Assembly (NCBI GenBank): GCA_949290705.1
Contig: CASESI010000001.1
Coordinates: 37,783-101,782 of the forward strand
DNA: 64,000 bases
Reading direction: 5' to 3'
Source: an uncultured Holosporaceae bacterium
GTDB lineage: Bacteria > Pseudomonadota > Alphaproteobacteria > UBA3830 > CASESI01
The position numbers and the translations under genes were made by a program. Position 1 is the first letter of the stretch. The number at the start of each line of letters is the position of its first letter. The notes beneath the pieces were generated by a model. It searched no databases, was not told the DNA's origin, and saw only the letters and a program-made list of their open reading frames with translations. Positions 48,766-58,468 of the stretch are shown piece after piece.

Positions 48766-50673
48766 TTACTCTGTCGTTGTGCCCTGTTGAGCTTTCGCAT
48801 TTGTTCTTGATGCCAAGTGCGCAGCGGAGTCATTTCCTTCGTGTAATTCAAATACCTTTGTTAATTCTTCGTGGGAATTTTGAGTAAATTCTTCAACGGA
48901 AGAGTGTAAGGCAGAGTAATCTATATATACATGCTCTTTTGTGTTTGGCATATTATGGGATTCCGTAATATAATTTGATATGTCGGATTTTATTGAAGAT
49001 ATTATATTATCGAGGTTATTTTTATATTCATTAAATACATTTGATGGTAAATATCCGCTTTGTAATGTTGCTTCAAGTTGTTTTGCAGTTGTGATTTTTT
49101 CTTGTAGTAACTCATTAATATTACCGCGGTGACTTTTCGTTGTTCCATCGTCACTCGAAAATGATCCGCCAGTAAGTTGCAATAGTTCATTCAAACAATG
49201 CGAAGAGTTAGGCATGTTTTCGATAAGTGATAATAATTCATTTTTTAATTGTTTTTCATATTCAGGTGGAAGATGATCTCCACTGGTTGGATAATTAACA
49301 CATGCTTCAGTTGAATTTAGATTTTCAAGTGTATTTTGCAATTGATTTATGAATGTTTGCTTATCGGTTTCTAATGATGTGGAGAACTCATCTGATAACT
49401 TTCTACATTCTTCATATTGCTCTTCTGTTGTCAAATGTCCGAATTGTTCAAGTTCTTTTTGTTTTGCAAGCATTGTGTTTTGTACTTTTTGTACAGGATC
49501 AAGTTCCATAACGCTATCAACATGTTTATAAAATCCTTCCACATCAAAATATATATTGTTATTTGCCGATTTTGTGGAATTTCTACTATCGTATTGCTTT
49601 TGGTAATCTATTATTCCTTGTTTTATTTCATTCCCAAGCGCTTCGTGGTATGATGATACTTGTTCTAATAATTCTGTCATTTTAGATTTCATGTTTTCAT
49701 CTTTTGATTCTTGAATTGCAGTGCTTAATGACATGATACTTGATTCAAGTTCTATCAATTCGTTTATTTTTGAAGAATACAAACTTGTTAATGCGTCTTT
49801 ATGGGATTGTCCTACACCCATTGATACACCAAACAATTCACCTGTAGATTGAGATCCCCCAGTTGAATCTATCAAAAGTTGTAACCCAACAGACGTATTA
49901 GGAGTATTTTTTAAAAGTGTATCATATGCATTGCGTAACGAATTATTTGCATCGATTATATCATTACTGACGCCAGGGGATAATTGCTTACCTCCGGAAT
50001 ATTCAAAGGATTTCGAGGATGTCAATAAATCGTCGGATATAATAGACTTTATATTATTAATTGTGTCTATATGTTGCTTTATAAACATACTTCCGGTATT
50101 GGTTAACAATTCAACAGTTTCTTTGGATAAAGTCTTCCTCATCGATTCAAGTTCTTGCTCTGTATAAGTCTTTTTGAATGGATTTAAATTAGAGGTTATG
50201 TTTGAAACAGCATCTTTTATGTTTGAGAGAGAGTCTTTTATATTGGACGTAATATTTGAAAAAGCATCTTTTATGTTTGATCTAATTGATGATAATTTTT
50301 CTCTTGATTTTTCTGATTCTTCTTTGAATCTTGATTGGTACTCAGATATCAAGCGTGAGGCATTGGTCATGGCAGTTGTTGCGGTAGTTTTACAAGAATT
50401 AACTGCAGACAATATTGATATTTGTGCGACGTTTATAGATGATGCGATAGATGAAACAGACGAATTGATTCCATTTTGAATATTGTTTGTTGTAGAGTCT
50501 ATCGATGATGAAGCATTATCAAAAGCGGCATTAACATTGTTGATGCTAGTTGACAATTTAGAGTCAGACATTTGATTGTTTTCAGAATTAGATGCACATA
50601 TACTTGCATTGGCTAGCATGAAAAATGTCAACATCAATCTGCAGCTTTTGTTATTTATAAGCATAGTCTTCAC
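48766..50673 (-). CDS. Large hypothetical secreted protein (orphan), Ser/Asn/Thr-rich and coiled-coil, with internal repeats
   Basis: 635 aa with signal peptide MLTFFMLANASICA. Tandem SNIKDxxSNIT repeats. Two diverged modules share (L)xNxPNxS..L..LL...TGGS...INEL...Y.D (residues about 253-390 and 481-595). I recognise no family. Confidence 0.6.
   Translation of the reverse strand: MKTMLINNKSCRLMLTFFMLANASICASNSENNQMSDSKLSTSINNVNAAFDNASSSIDSTTNNIQNGINSSVSSIASSINVAQISILSAVNSCKTTATTAMTNASRLISEYQSRFKEESEKSREKLSSIRSNIKDAFSNITSNIKDSLSNIKDAVSNITSNLNPFKKTYTEQELESMRKTLSKETVELLTNTGSMFIKQHIDTINNIKSIISDDLLTSSKSFEYSGGKQLSPGVSNDIIDANNSLRNAYDTLLKNTPNTSVGLQLLIDSTGGSQSTGELFGVSMGVGQSHKDALTSLYSSKINELIELESSIMSLSTAIQESKDENMKSKMTELLEQVSSYHEALGNEIKQGIIDYQKQYDSRNSTKSANNNIYFDVEGFYKHVDSVMELDPVQKVQNTMLAKQKELEQFGHLTTEEQYEECRKLSDEFSTSLETDKQTFINQLQNTLENLNSTEACVNYPTSGDHLPPEYEKQLKNELLSLIENMPNSSHCLNELLQLTGGSFSSDDGTTKSHRGNINELLQEKITTAKQLEATLQSGYLPSNVFNEYKNNLDNIISSIKSDISNYITESHNMPNTKEHVYIDYSALHSSVEEFTQNSHEELTKVFELHEGNDSAAHLASRTNAKAQQGTTTE
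50185..50280 (-). repeat. Imperfect in-frame tandem repeat (54-nt / 18-codon period) inside the orphan gene
   Basis: tttgaaaCagcatcttttatgtttga at 50201-50226 and tttgaaaAagcatcttttatgtttga at 50255-50280. Encodes SNIKDAFSNITSNIKDSL / SNIKDAVSNITSNLNPF. Confidence 0.75.
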
Positions 50674-50744
50674 TATATAGGTATCATAATAACCAATTAT
50701 GACATAAAAAGATTAAAAAATAGTAAAAATTAATAAAGATAATA

Positions 50745-51737
50745 TTAATGAGAGTGTTTTTCTGAAGCTTCTATTCTATGTTGCAAGAATGATTCAAGGT
50801 TATCATTGCTTTGTTCTTGCGGCTTTTTAATCTCATTTATCTTACTTTGAACAAGTGGATCAACATCTATCACGATCACGCAATTTTTATGAACAGCAAA
50901 GATGTCCTTAATCACAGCCTCCTTAATTTTTTCAACATTTTCCAATGTTTCGTTTGGATCCATATAAAACTTCAACGTTATCAACTTTTGCATACCGCTG
51001 ATCCTTGTCTTTACATATTCAACGTACCTGATTTCCTGGTAACGGAGAAGAATATTCTTAATTTGGTCTTTGCTTTTTTCCGACATTGATTTATCGAGTA
51101 ATACCTCGAAAGATTTCTTTATAATTGTGAATGAGTTCCTGAACAAATACATTGTAAAGCATACACCAAAAATGCTATCCAAATATCTTAAATGGAAAAG
51201 ATCGTTGAGGAGCAATGTTATAAGAACACCTATGTCGAATAAAATGTCCAGGTGAAAATGCAAAAAGCTAGCCTTAATTATCAATGAATCGGTCCTTGAT
51301 ATGACGTACTTTTGGATTCTGGTCAACAAGAATAACAACAAGCATGTAGTTATAACGATTGCGATTGCAATCCCAGAGTATTTCACTTCTTCTTTATGTA
51401 TGAAGCTTTGTATAGCCTCCATAAACAAATAAATTCCTGAAATGAAAATGAATAACGATTGTATCAATGATGCAAGTGCTTCAACCTTGCCATACCCAAA
51501 TTGAAAGGCAGAATTGGCAGGTTTTTGGGAAATTTTAATCGATGCAATAATAACGAGAGAGGCGATTATATCAGACACAGAGTCGATGAACGATGCTTTA
51601 AGGCTGATAGAGTCGGTAATTATATACCCAAACAGTTTTAAGCACATAATACAAAACGGTATCAAAAACGCCGCGTTTGCCGCGAATCTCACGATAGCAT
51701 TATCACCTTTTTGGTGGAGATTTAAAAATTTAAACAT
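50745..51737 (-). CDS. Cation diffusion facilitator (CDF) family transporter
   Basis: Six TM segments with the SDxxxS...HxxxD-type sites (DSVSDIIASL, HFHLDILFDIG), plus a cytoplasmic C-terminal domain. Confidence 0.85.
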   Translation of the reverse strand: MFKFLNLHQKGDNAIVRFAANAAFLIPFCIMCLKLFGYIITDSISLKASFIDSVSDIIASLVIIASIKISQKPANSAFQFGYGKVEALASLIQSLFIFISGIYLFMEAIQSFIHKEEVKYSGIAIAIVITTCLLLFLLTRIQKYVISRTDSLIIKASFLHFHLDILFDIGVLITLLLNDLFHLRYLDSIFGVCFTMYLFRNSFTIIKKSFEVLLDKSMSEKSKDQIKNILLRYQEIRYVEYVKTRISGMQKLITLKFYMDPNETLENVEKIKEAVIKDIFAVHKNCVIVIDVDPLVQSKINEIKKPQEQSNDNLESFLQHRIEASEKHSH

Positions 51738-51817
51738 AAAAAAATAGTTAACAAAACCTTAACATTATACAACGTTATTACTAGAAAGCAAAATTATAAG
51801 ATAAAAATTGTTCAATC

Positions 51818-52225
51818 TTAAACAATATCATCACCGTCGTCATTTATCGCAAAGTCATGTTTTTTGGAATATATTTCATCAATTTTGGAAATCAACGACT
51901 TTAGATGAAACGGTTTATGCAGTGTTGTGTTTTCTGGAAATAAATTTTTCGCATCCGCCTCGTAAGCATTAAACCCTGTGATGAAAATTATACTCATATC
52001 CTTGATTACGGATTCAGGAAGTGACTTTACGAATGAAAGACCATCAATGCCAGGCAATTTTATATCCGTTATCAAAATCTTAAAATTTGCTTTAGACAAT
52101 TCACCAAGTGCAGACTCGACATTTTCAACAGCAATAACATTATACCCAGCACGCATCAACGAATTATGCAGAAAGACCAGCATGTCCCCATCGTCTTCAA
52201 CAAGTAATATATCAAACGTTTTCAT
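51818..52225 (-). CDS. cpdR: Single-domain response regulator, CpdR-like
   Basis: REC domain with EDD, phospho-acceptor D in LITDIKLPG, T in FITGF and K in HKPF. ILLVEDDGDMLVFL...AGYNV and FITGF...LHKPFHLKSLISKIDEI match the CpdR pattern I recall from Caulobacter. Confidence 0.7.
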   Translation of the reverse strand: MKTFDILLVEDDGDMLVFLHNSLMRAGYNVIAVENVESALGELSKANFKILITDIKLPGIDGLSFVKSLPESVIKDMSIIFITGFNAYEADAKNLFPENTTLHKPFHLKSLISKIDEIYSKKHDFAINDDGDDIV

Positions 52226-52301
52226 ACTTTATATCACTATTGTAGCAAAAAACGACAAAATATTAAAGAAAAAATTAAAAAAGAAAAATAAAAGAATCAA
52301 A

Positions 52302-53069
52302 TTAGAATGTGTATGTCAAAGTAGCACCGATTGTGTAAAGATTGCACTTAAATTTAGCAAATCCTTTTACAGCTTCACCAACATCATCCATGCGAAGTTT
52401 TTTGTTTTTTGCTTTTACTTTTTGCATCTTAAGGTCAATACCCAATGCTAAATTATCATTGAATACGTAATTTGCAGAAGCCTTTGCAATAAATCCGACC
52501 TTGTTTCTGAACTTTACTGAAGTAATCATATCAACTTCTTCCTTTGTCCTTAAATCATTGTCCCACATATGTAAATCCTTTATCTTTGTTGTTTTTGCGA
52601 TACCTGCACCAAGATCAAATGACAAATTGCTGAGTGGTGTATAAGCAAAAACAGCCATCAAGCCATATGCTCCACGAATTTTTGATTCATCAGCAAGACC
52701 TTCAACACCTTTTTTCAATTGAAGTTTCACATTCATTGCATCATAGAAAATATCTCCACCGAGTGCGAATTGATCATTGAAATTATATTTCGTACCAAGT
52801 GTAATTCCGATGAAAGCAGAAGACTTTTTCTTTGTATTCTTGCTCGTAGCTTCTGCGTTTGAAGTAGCAGCAGGAGTAGCATAGTCGTACTTAGCAGATG
52901 TACCATATGTTATATATTTATTTTTCACATTACCAGCAAAAGCAACACCTGTTGATACTTTTGCATTTACCGTCATGCAACCAGATTTAGAAGAAGCAGC
53001 ATCATCAGCGAACACAGATGAAACTGCGAAACAACCTGCGAACAAAGTTGTAAATAAAATATTTTTCAT
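52302..53069 (-). CDS. Outer-membrane beta-barrel protein (porin / Omp25-OmpA-membrane-like)
   Basis: Signal peptide MKNILFTTLFAGCFAVSSVFA, alternating beta-strand pattern, and a C-terminal aromatic residue (...ATLTYTF). Confidence 0.65.
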   Translation of the reverse strand: MKNILFTTLFAGCFAVSSVFADDAASSKSGCMTVNAKVSTGVAFAGNVKNKYITYGTSAKYDYATPAATSNAEATSKNTKKKSSAFIGITLGTKYNFNDQFALGGDIFYDAMNVKLQLKKGVEGLADESKIRGAYGLMAVFAYTPLSNLSFDLGAGIAKTTKIKDLHMWDNDLRTKEEVDMITSVKFRNKVGFIAKASANYVFNDNLALGIDLKMQKVKAKNKKLRMDDVGEAVKGFAKFKCNLYTIGATLTYTF

Positions 53070-53191
53070 AATTATTATTCCTTCAAATAACGTTATCGAT
53101 TGTAACACCAAAAATGTAATTTTCAATTAGTTAATAAAATTTTTCTAAAAAGTTGCAAAAATGCAACACATTAAATTTATTAATTTTTTAC

Positions 53192-53220
53192 TTGACATTT
53201 GAAAAATTATGTGATATAGT
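53192..53220 (+). promoter_or_regulatory. Strong sigma-70 promoter (TTGACA-17-TGaTATAGT) for the tRNA gene
   Basis: -35 TTGACA at 53192-53197 and -10 TATAGT at 53215-53220, with TG at 53212-53213. The tRNA starts 24 nt downstream. Confidence 0.5.
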
Positions 53221-53243
53221 GTAAAAAGTTTTCTGGATTGAGT

Positions 53244-53320
53244 GGCGAAGTAGCTCAGTTGGTTAGAGCAGCGGAATCATAATCCGCGTGTCAGGGGTTC
53301 AAATCCCTTCTTCGCTACCA
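53244..53320 (+). tRNA. tRNA with CAT anticodon (elongator Met, or Ile2 if lysidine-modified), CCA encoded
   Basis: Cloverleaf: acceptor GGCGAAG/CTTCGCT, D arm GCTC-AGTTGGTTA-GAGC, anticodon arm GCGGA-ATCATAA-TCCGC, T arm AGGGG-TTCAAAT-CCCTT, then ACCA. Not initiator-like: there is no C1:A72 mismatch and no triple G-C anticodon stem. Confidence 0.9.
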
Positions 53321-53330
53321 CGGATGTTTC

Positions 53331-53359
53331 TTGAATTTTTTTTCTGGTTATGTTATAAT
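53331..53359 (+). promoter_or_regulatory. Extended -10 promoter (TTGAAT-17-TGtTATAAT) 10 nt upstream of the tatD ATG
   Basis: -35 at 53331-53336, TG at 53351-53352, TATAAT at 53354-53359, and ATG at 53369. Confidence 0.45.
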
Positions 53360-53368
53360 GTACGACCT

Positions 53369-54136
53369 ATGATAGATTCTCACGCGCATTTAAATTATCC
53401 AGAATTGAAAAATGCAATTGATGAAATAATACAGAGGGCGAAAGGTGCTGGTGTTGACGGTATCGTCTCCATTTGTACCAAGCTTGAAGAAATATCCGAA
53501 ATAAAAACTTTGGTTAATAAATATCCAGATTACTTGTGGTATTCAATAGGAATACACCCTGATTATGCAAGGTCTGAATTGGCCAAGTACGGAGAAGAAA
53601 GTATATATAATACATTAATTTCTGATGGTGCGGCTGTAGGGATAGGTGAATGTGGGTTCGATTTCAGAAATGGTGATTCTGAAAAAAAAGAACAAAGAAA
53701 GGTGTTTCAAATACATATCGATGCGGCCATAAAAAACGGTAGGGTGTTAATAATCCATACAAGGAATGCTGAATCGGAAACAAAGTCGGTTCTTTTGGAA
53801 AACAAATCGCTTCAAAAAGTTTTGATTCATTGTTTTTCTGGAACGAGGGAGTTTGCGAGGTTTGCATTGGATATGGGCTATTACATTTCATTCTCCGGAA
53901 TTGTGACTTTCAAGAATGCCAAAGAAGTTCAAGAGGTTGCAAAATTTGTACCTACCGATAGACTATTGATAGAGACTGATGCACCATTTTTGGCTCCTGC
54001 GCCTTTGCGTGGGAAAGCTAATGAACCGTCATATGTAAGGTATACCGCAGAGTACATTGCTAAATTAAAAGGAATTAGCGTGGAAGATTTATCAGAGATT
54101 ACAACTGATAATTTTAAAAAAATATTTTTGTATTGA
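53369..54136 (+). CDS. tatD: TatD-family metal-dependent hydrolase/DNase
   Basis: Motifs DSHAHL, GECGFD, IHTR, HCFSG and ETDAPFL. The longer ORF from 53288 overlaps the tRNA, so I did not use it. Confidence 0.9.
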   Translation: MIDSHAHLNYPELKNAIDEIIQRAKGAGVDGIVSICTKLEEISEIKTLVNKYPDYLWYSIGIHPDYARSELAKYGEESIYNTLISDGAAVGIGECGFDFRNGDSEKKEQRKVFQIHIDAAIKNGRVLIIHTRNAESETKSVLLENKSLQKVLIHCFSGTREFARFALDMGYYISFSGIVTFKNAKEVQEVAKFVPTDRLLIETDAPFLAPAPLRGKANEPSYVRYTAEYIAKLKGISVEDLSEITTDNFKKIFLY

Positions 54137-54156
54137 CATCTAAAATATGTTATGAT
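54128..54156 (+). promoter_or_regulatory. Candidate promoter for rpoBC (TTGTAT-17-TGtTATGAT)
   Basis: -35 at 54128-54133 and -10 TATGAT at 54151-54156, with TG at 54148-54149. Overlaps the end of tatD. Confidence 0.3.
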
Positions 54157-54226
54157 AGAAATGTACGGTCATGTTTCCAAAGAAAATCAATAGTTTTAGT
54201 TTTTTGCTTATCAAGGGATAAATATT

Positions 54227-57200
54227 ATGAAAAGGTCGTTTACTGAAAAAAAGAAGTTTAGAAGAAATTTTGCGCGTATAAGGGAAGTTTTTGATACTCC
54301 CAATTTAATTCAATTGCAGAAAAAATCTTACGACGATTTTTTACAGGATGGTGTTGATCCAGATAGTCGTAGGCGTGTTGGCTTGCAAGAGGTATTTAGT
54401 TCGATTTTTCCTATTGCTGATTATGCAAACAAGGGTGAGCTACATTTCGTCTCCTACAGGTTTGAGCAGCCTCAGTATGACGAGGAGGAGTGCAGGTATA
54501 AGGGGCTTACTTATGCTGCGCCACTTCGCGCTGTATTCAGGTTGATCATATGGGAAAATAATGAAGATACAGGCGTTCGGTCAATAAAGGATATCAAGGA
54601 GCAGGAAGTTTACATGTGTGATATCCCTGTTATGACTGACAAGGGTGGATTCATCATAAATGGTGTCGAAAGGGTTGTTGTGTCACAGATGCAAAGATCA
54701 CCTGGTGTGTTTTTTGATCACGATAATGCGAAATCGAATACTTTCGGAAAATTACTTTATGCTGCCCATGTTATCCCTGTTCGTGGTTCTTGGCTTGATA
54801 TAGAATTCGATGTGAAGGATACTCTTTACATAAGGATAGATAGAAGGCGTAAGATTCTCGCAACTACTTTCTTGATGGCATGCTATTCGGAAAAGACCGA
54901 GAAATTGATTGCTGAAAAAGGTATCAATGAATTATCTTTTGATGAAATAGAAGGAATGTCGAGGGAGGAAATCTTAAGATATTTCTACAAGAATTATGTT
55001 GTTACCCGCGATGCAGATGGTAATTGGTACAGAGGGTTTAACCCTGAGGATTGGGTTGGAGTAAGGCTTGATGAGGATATCATCAATTACGATAACTCAG
55101 AGGTGGTTTTCAAAGAAGGTACGAAGATATCTAAAGTTTTGGCAAAGCGTGCTTATGAAAATGGCTTGCGTAATGTGAAACTTGATGAAGCTGATATCAT
55201 CGGTGCTTTTGTTGCATCTGATGTTGTTGATTTGAGGACAGGAATTGTTTTGTCGGAGGCAGGTGAGGCTGTGACGCAAGAGTTCTTGGAAAAAATCAAA
55301 GAGCTTGATATCAACTCTATAAAGCTATTGGTCATCGATTATAAAAATGTTGGTCCTTATATAAGGGATACGTTGGAGATTGATAAAAATAATTGCAGGG
55401 AAGAGGCACTTTTCGAAATATTCAGGATTATGCGTCCTGGTGAGCCTCCAATTTTGGAGTCTGCGGAAAAGCTGTTCAATGACCTGTTCTTCAATTTCGA
55501 GAGGTATGATCTTTCGGTCGTTGGTCGTGTAAAGATGAACCAAAGACTTGGAATGAATGTTGATACATCTGTTCGTGTTCTTTCGAAGAGTGACATTTTG
55601 ATCATAATGAAGGTTTTACACGATCTTCGTGATGGTGTTGGTGAGATTGATGACATAGATAACCTTGGTAACAGAAGGGTGAGAGCTGTTGGAGAGTTGT
55701 TGGAAAATCAATTCAGGATTGGTTTGGCAAGGGTCGAGCGTATGATCAGGGAGCGTATGGGATCTGTGGAAATTGATTCCATTATGCCGAATGAGCTGCT
55801 TAACTCAAAACCTATATCGTCCTTGGTAAGAGAATTTTTCGGAACCTCACAATTGTCGCAATTCATGGATCAGGTTAACCCACTTGCCGAAATTACCCAC
55901 AAGCGTAGGGTTTCAGCTCTTGGACCTGGCGGTCTTACAAGAGAGAGGGCTGGATTCGAGGTGAGAGATGTGCACCCAAGCCATTATGGAAGACTTTGTC
56001 CTGTGGAAACACCGGAAGGTCCAAATATTGGTCTTATTAACTCTCTTGCGACTTATGCGAGAATTAATAATTACGGGTTCATAGAGACGCCTTACAGAAA
56101 GGTAAAGGATGGCTTGGTAACAGACGAGGTTGAATACTTGTCTGCTCTTGATGAAGCGAAATACAGAATTGCTCAAGCAAGTTCGCCACTCGATGAAACG
56201 TCGCATTTCAAAGGTGATGTGGTGTTGTGTCGTCATGGGGCAGATGTCGAGGCATCTGATCCTTCAAAGATTGATTATATGGATGTTTCGACAAGGCAGT
56301 TGGTGTCTGTGTCGGCATCTATGATTCCATTCTTCGAGAATGACGATGCGAGCCGTGCTTTGATGGGATGTAACATGCAACGTCAGGCTGTTCCTTTGCT
56401 GAAACCACATGCTCCACTTGTTGGAACTGGTGTTGAAAAGGTTGTGGCAAGGGATTCTGGCGTATGTATCGTTGCAAAACGTCACGGTATAGTAGAACAA
56501 GTTGATGCAGAAAGGATCGTGATAAAGGCTCTTGATGGGAATGACAATATAGAAGGGGTCGATATATATAGGCTCAGGAAGTTTGATCGTTCTAACCAAA
56601 GCACATGTATCAACCAAAGGCCAATTGTTAAAAAGTCTGATGTTGTTTATGCCGGCGATATAATCGCAGATGGTACTTCGACTGAGATGGGTGAGCTTGC
56701 ACTTGGAAATAACGTTCTTGCGGCTTTTGTGTCGTGGAAAGGTTATAACTATGAGGACGCTATAATCCTCTCTGAGAGAATTGTTGCAGATGACGTGTTT
56801 ACCTCTATCCATATCGAGGAATTTGAGGTGTTATGCCGCGATACGAAACTTGGTAACGAGGAAATTACACGTGACATCCCAGGGGTTTCAGAAGAAGCTT
56901 TGACGGATATTGATGAGTCAGGTGTGATTTCGATAGGTGCGAAAGTTAAGGCTGGAAGTATCCTTGTTGGTAAGGTAACTCCACGTGGTGAGTCTGTGAT
57001 TTCTCCTGAGGAAAAATTGTTAAGGGCAATTTTCGGTGAAAGGGCATCTGATGTTGCGGACAGTTCTTTGCGTGTTCCACCTGGTACAACAGGTACGGTT
57101 GTGGATGTAAAAATCTTCTCCCGTCGCGGTGTTGAAAAAGATGGAAGGGCTCTTGAAATTGAAAAGAAAGAGATAGAGTTTTTGTTAAAGAACAAGAATA

Positions 57201-58468
57201 TCGAGAAAGGCATTTTGGAAAACAATTACCGTTCAGCTATGATTGATCTCTTGAAAGGCCAAGTTGTCGCTGCGATATCTGGAAAAGTTGGTAAGGTTGA
57301 AAAAGGTGATAAATTAACCGAAGAAAATTTGAAACACATGAAACTTGAAGTTTTATCAAAAATTTCTGTTGAGGACATAGAAGTCAACAAGAAGATTATC
57401 AATATCACGAACGAGTTTACAAGACACTTGAAGAATATTGAAAAGACTTTTGAATCGAAGGTTGAAAAAATAAGTCGTGGTGATGAATTACCATCTGGTG
57501 TTTTGAAAATGGTTAAGGTTTACTTGGCTGTGAAACGTAAAATCAGAGTCGGTGATAAGATGGCTGGAAGGCACGGAAACAAAGGTGTTGTGTCAAGAAT
57601 TGCTCCAATTCAAGATATGCCATTTTTGGAAGACGGTACCCCTGTTGATATCGTTTTAAATCCTTTGGGTATTCCTTCTCGTATGAATATCGGACAGGTG
57701 CTTGAGATTCACCTTGGAAGGGCTGCTCGTGGCCTTGGTCAGGTGATCGAAAAAACTCTCCAGAATATGCAGGAGAATGAGAAAGGTTTGCTTGAGCTTC
57801 GTATGAAACTTAAGGAAATTTACCCAAGAGATGTGAAGGATATCGATGATTTAAGTGATGACGAAGTTGTTGAGCTTGCTAATAATCTGACATCCGGTGT
57901 TCCAATGGCTACACCAATTTTCAACGGTGCAACAATTGCTGATATTGAAAATTATTTGAAGATGGCGGGCTTTGATACAACTGGTCAGGTGAATCTTTAT
58001 GACGGTATGACAGGTCGTAAATTTGATAAGAAGGTTACTGTCGGTGTTAAGTACATGATAAAGCTTAATCACATGGTTGATGATAAAATGCATGCAAGGT
58101 CTATCGGTCCTTACAGCTTGGTTACACAACAACCTCTTGGTGGTAAGGCTCAATTCGGAGGACAGAGATTCGGAGAAATGGAGGTCTGGGCAATTGAGGC
58201 ATACGGTGCTTCTTACATACTTCAAGAGATGCTGACTATAAAATCTGATGATGTGATGGGAAGAACAAATGCCTATAACGCAATCGTGTCAGGAGTAAGT
58301 GATATAGAGATTGGTATTCCTGAATCGTTTAATGTGCTTGTGAATGAGCTTTCGTCGTTGGGACTTAACATAGAATTTTTGGAAAAGAAATCACTAGAAG
58401 AAGAGTCTGATAGAGAAGAAATTGAAACTACTGCAGAAGATATGAATGGAGAAGACGAGAATGTTTAA
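54227..58468 (+). CDS. rpoB: DNA-directed RNA polymerase subunit beta
   Basis: 1413 aa. Motifs [44 protein letters not shown] and [13 protein letters not shown]. Confidence 0.99.
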   Translation: MKRSFTEKKKFRRNFARIREVFDTPNLIQLQKKSYDDFLQDGVDPDSRRRVGLQEVFSSIFPIADYANKGELHFVSYRFEQPQYDEEECRYKGLTYAAPLRAVFRLIIWENNEDTGVRSIKDIKEQEVYMCDIPVMTDKGGFIINGVERVVVSQMQRSPGVFFDHDNAKSNTFGKLLYAAHVIPVRGSWLDIEFDVKDTLYIRIDRRRKILATTFLMACYSEKTEKLIAEKGINELSFDEIEGMSREEILRYFYKNYVVTRDADGNWYRGFNPEDWVGVRLDEDIINYDNSEVVFKEGTKISKVLAKRAYENGLRNVKLDEADIIGAFVASDVVDLRTGIVLSEAGEAVTQEFLEKIKELDINSIKLLVIDYKNVGPYIRDTLEIDKNNCREEALFEIFRIMRPGEPPILESAEKLFNDLFFNFERYDLSVVGRVKMNQRLGMNVDTSVRVLSKSDILIIMKVLHDLRDGVGEIDDIDNLGNRRVRAVGELLENQFRIGLARVERMIRERMGSVEIDSIMPNELLNSKPISSLVREFFGTSQLSQFMDQVNPLAEITHKRRVSALGPGGLTRERAGFEVRDVHPSHYGRLCPVETPEGPNIGLINSLATYARINNYGFIETPYRKVKDGLVTDEVEYLSALDEAKYRIAQASSPLDETSHFKGDVVLCRHGADVEASDPSKIDYMDVSTRQLVSVSASMIPFFENDDASRALMGCNMQRQAVPLLKPHAPLVGTGVEKVVARDSGVCIVAKRHGIVEQVDAERIVIKALDGNDNIEGVDIYRLRKFDRSNQSTCINQRPIVKKSDVVYAGDIIADGTSTEMGELALGNNVLAAFVSWKGYNYEDAIILSERIVADDVFTSIHIEEFEVLCRDTKLGNEEITRDIPGVSEEALTDIDESGVISIGAKVKAGSILVGKVTPRGESVISPEEKLLRAIFGERASDVADSSLRVPPGTTGTVVDVKIFSRRGVEKDGRALEIEKKEIEFLLKNKNIEKGILENNYRSAMIDLLKGQVVAAISGKVGKVEKGDKLTEENLKHMKLEVLSKISVEDIEVNKKIINITNEFTRHLKNIEKTFESKVEKISRGDELPSGVLKMVKVYLAVKRKIRVGDKMAGRHGNKGVVSRIAPIQDMPFLEDGTPVDIVLNPLGIPSRMNIGQVLEIHLGRAARGLGQVIEKTLQNMQENEKGLLELRMKLKEIYPRDVKDIDDLSDDEVVELANNLTSGVPMATPIFNGATIADIENYLKMAGFDTTGQVNLYDGMTGRKFDKKVTVGVKYMIKLNHMVDDKMHARSIGPYSLVTQQPLGGKAQFGGQRFGEMEVWAIEAYGASYILQEMLTIKSDDVMGRTNAYNAIVSGVSDIEIGIPESFNVLVNELSSLGLNIEFLEKKSLEEESDREEIETTAEDMNGEDENV

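Noticed and set aside
55097-57408. A series of antisense ORFs inside rpoB (up to 182 aa).
   Set aside because: These are shadow ORFs within an unambiguous, highly conserved gene.
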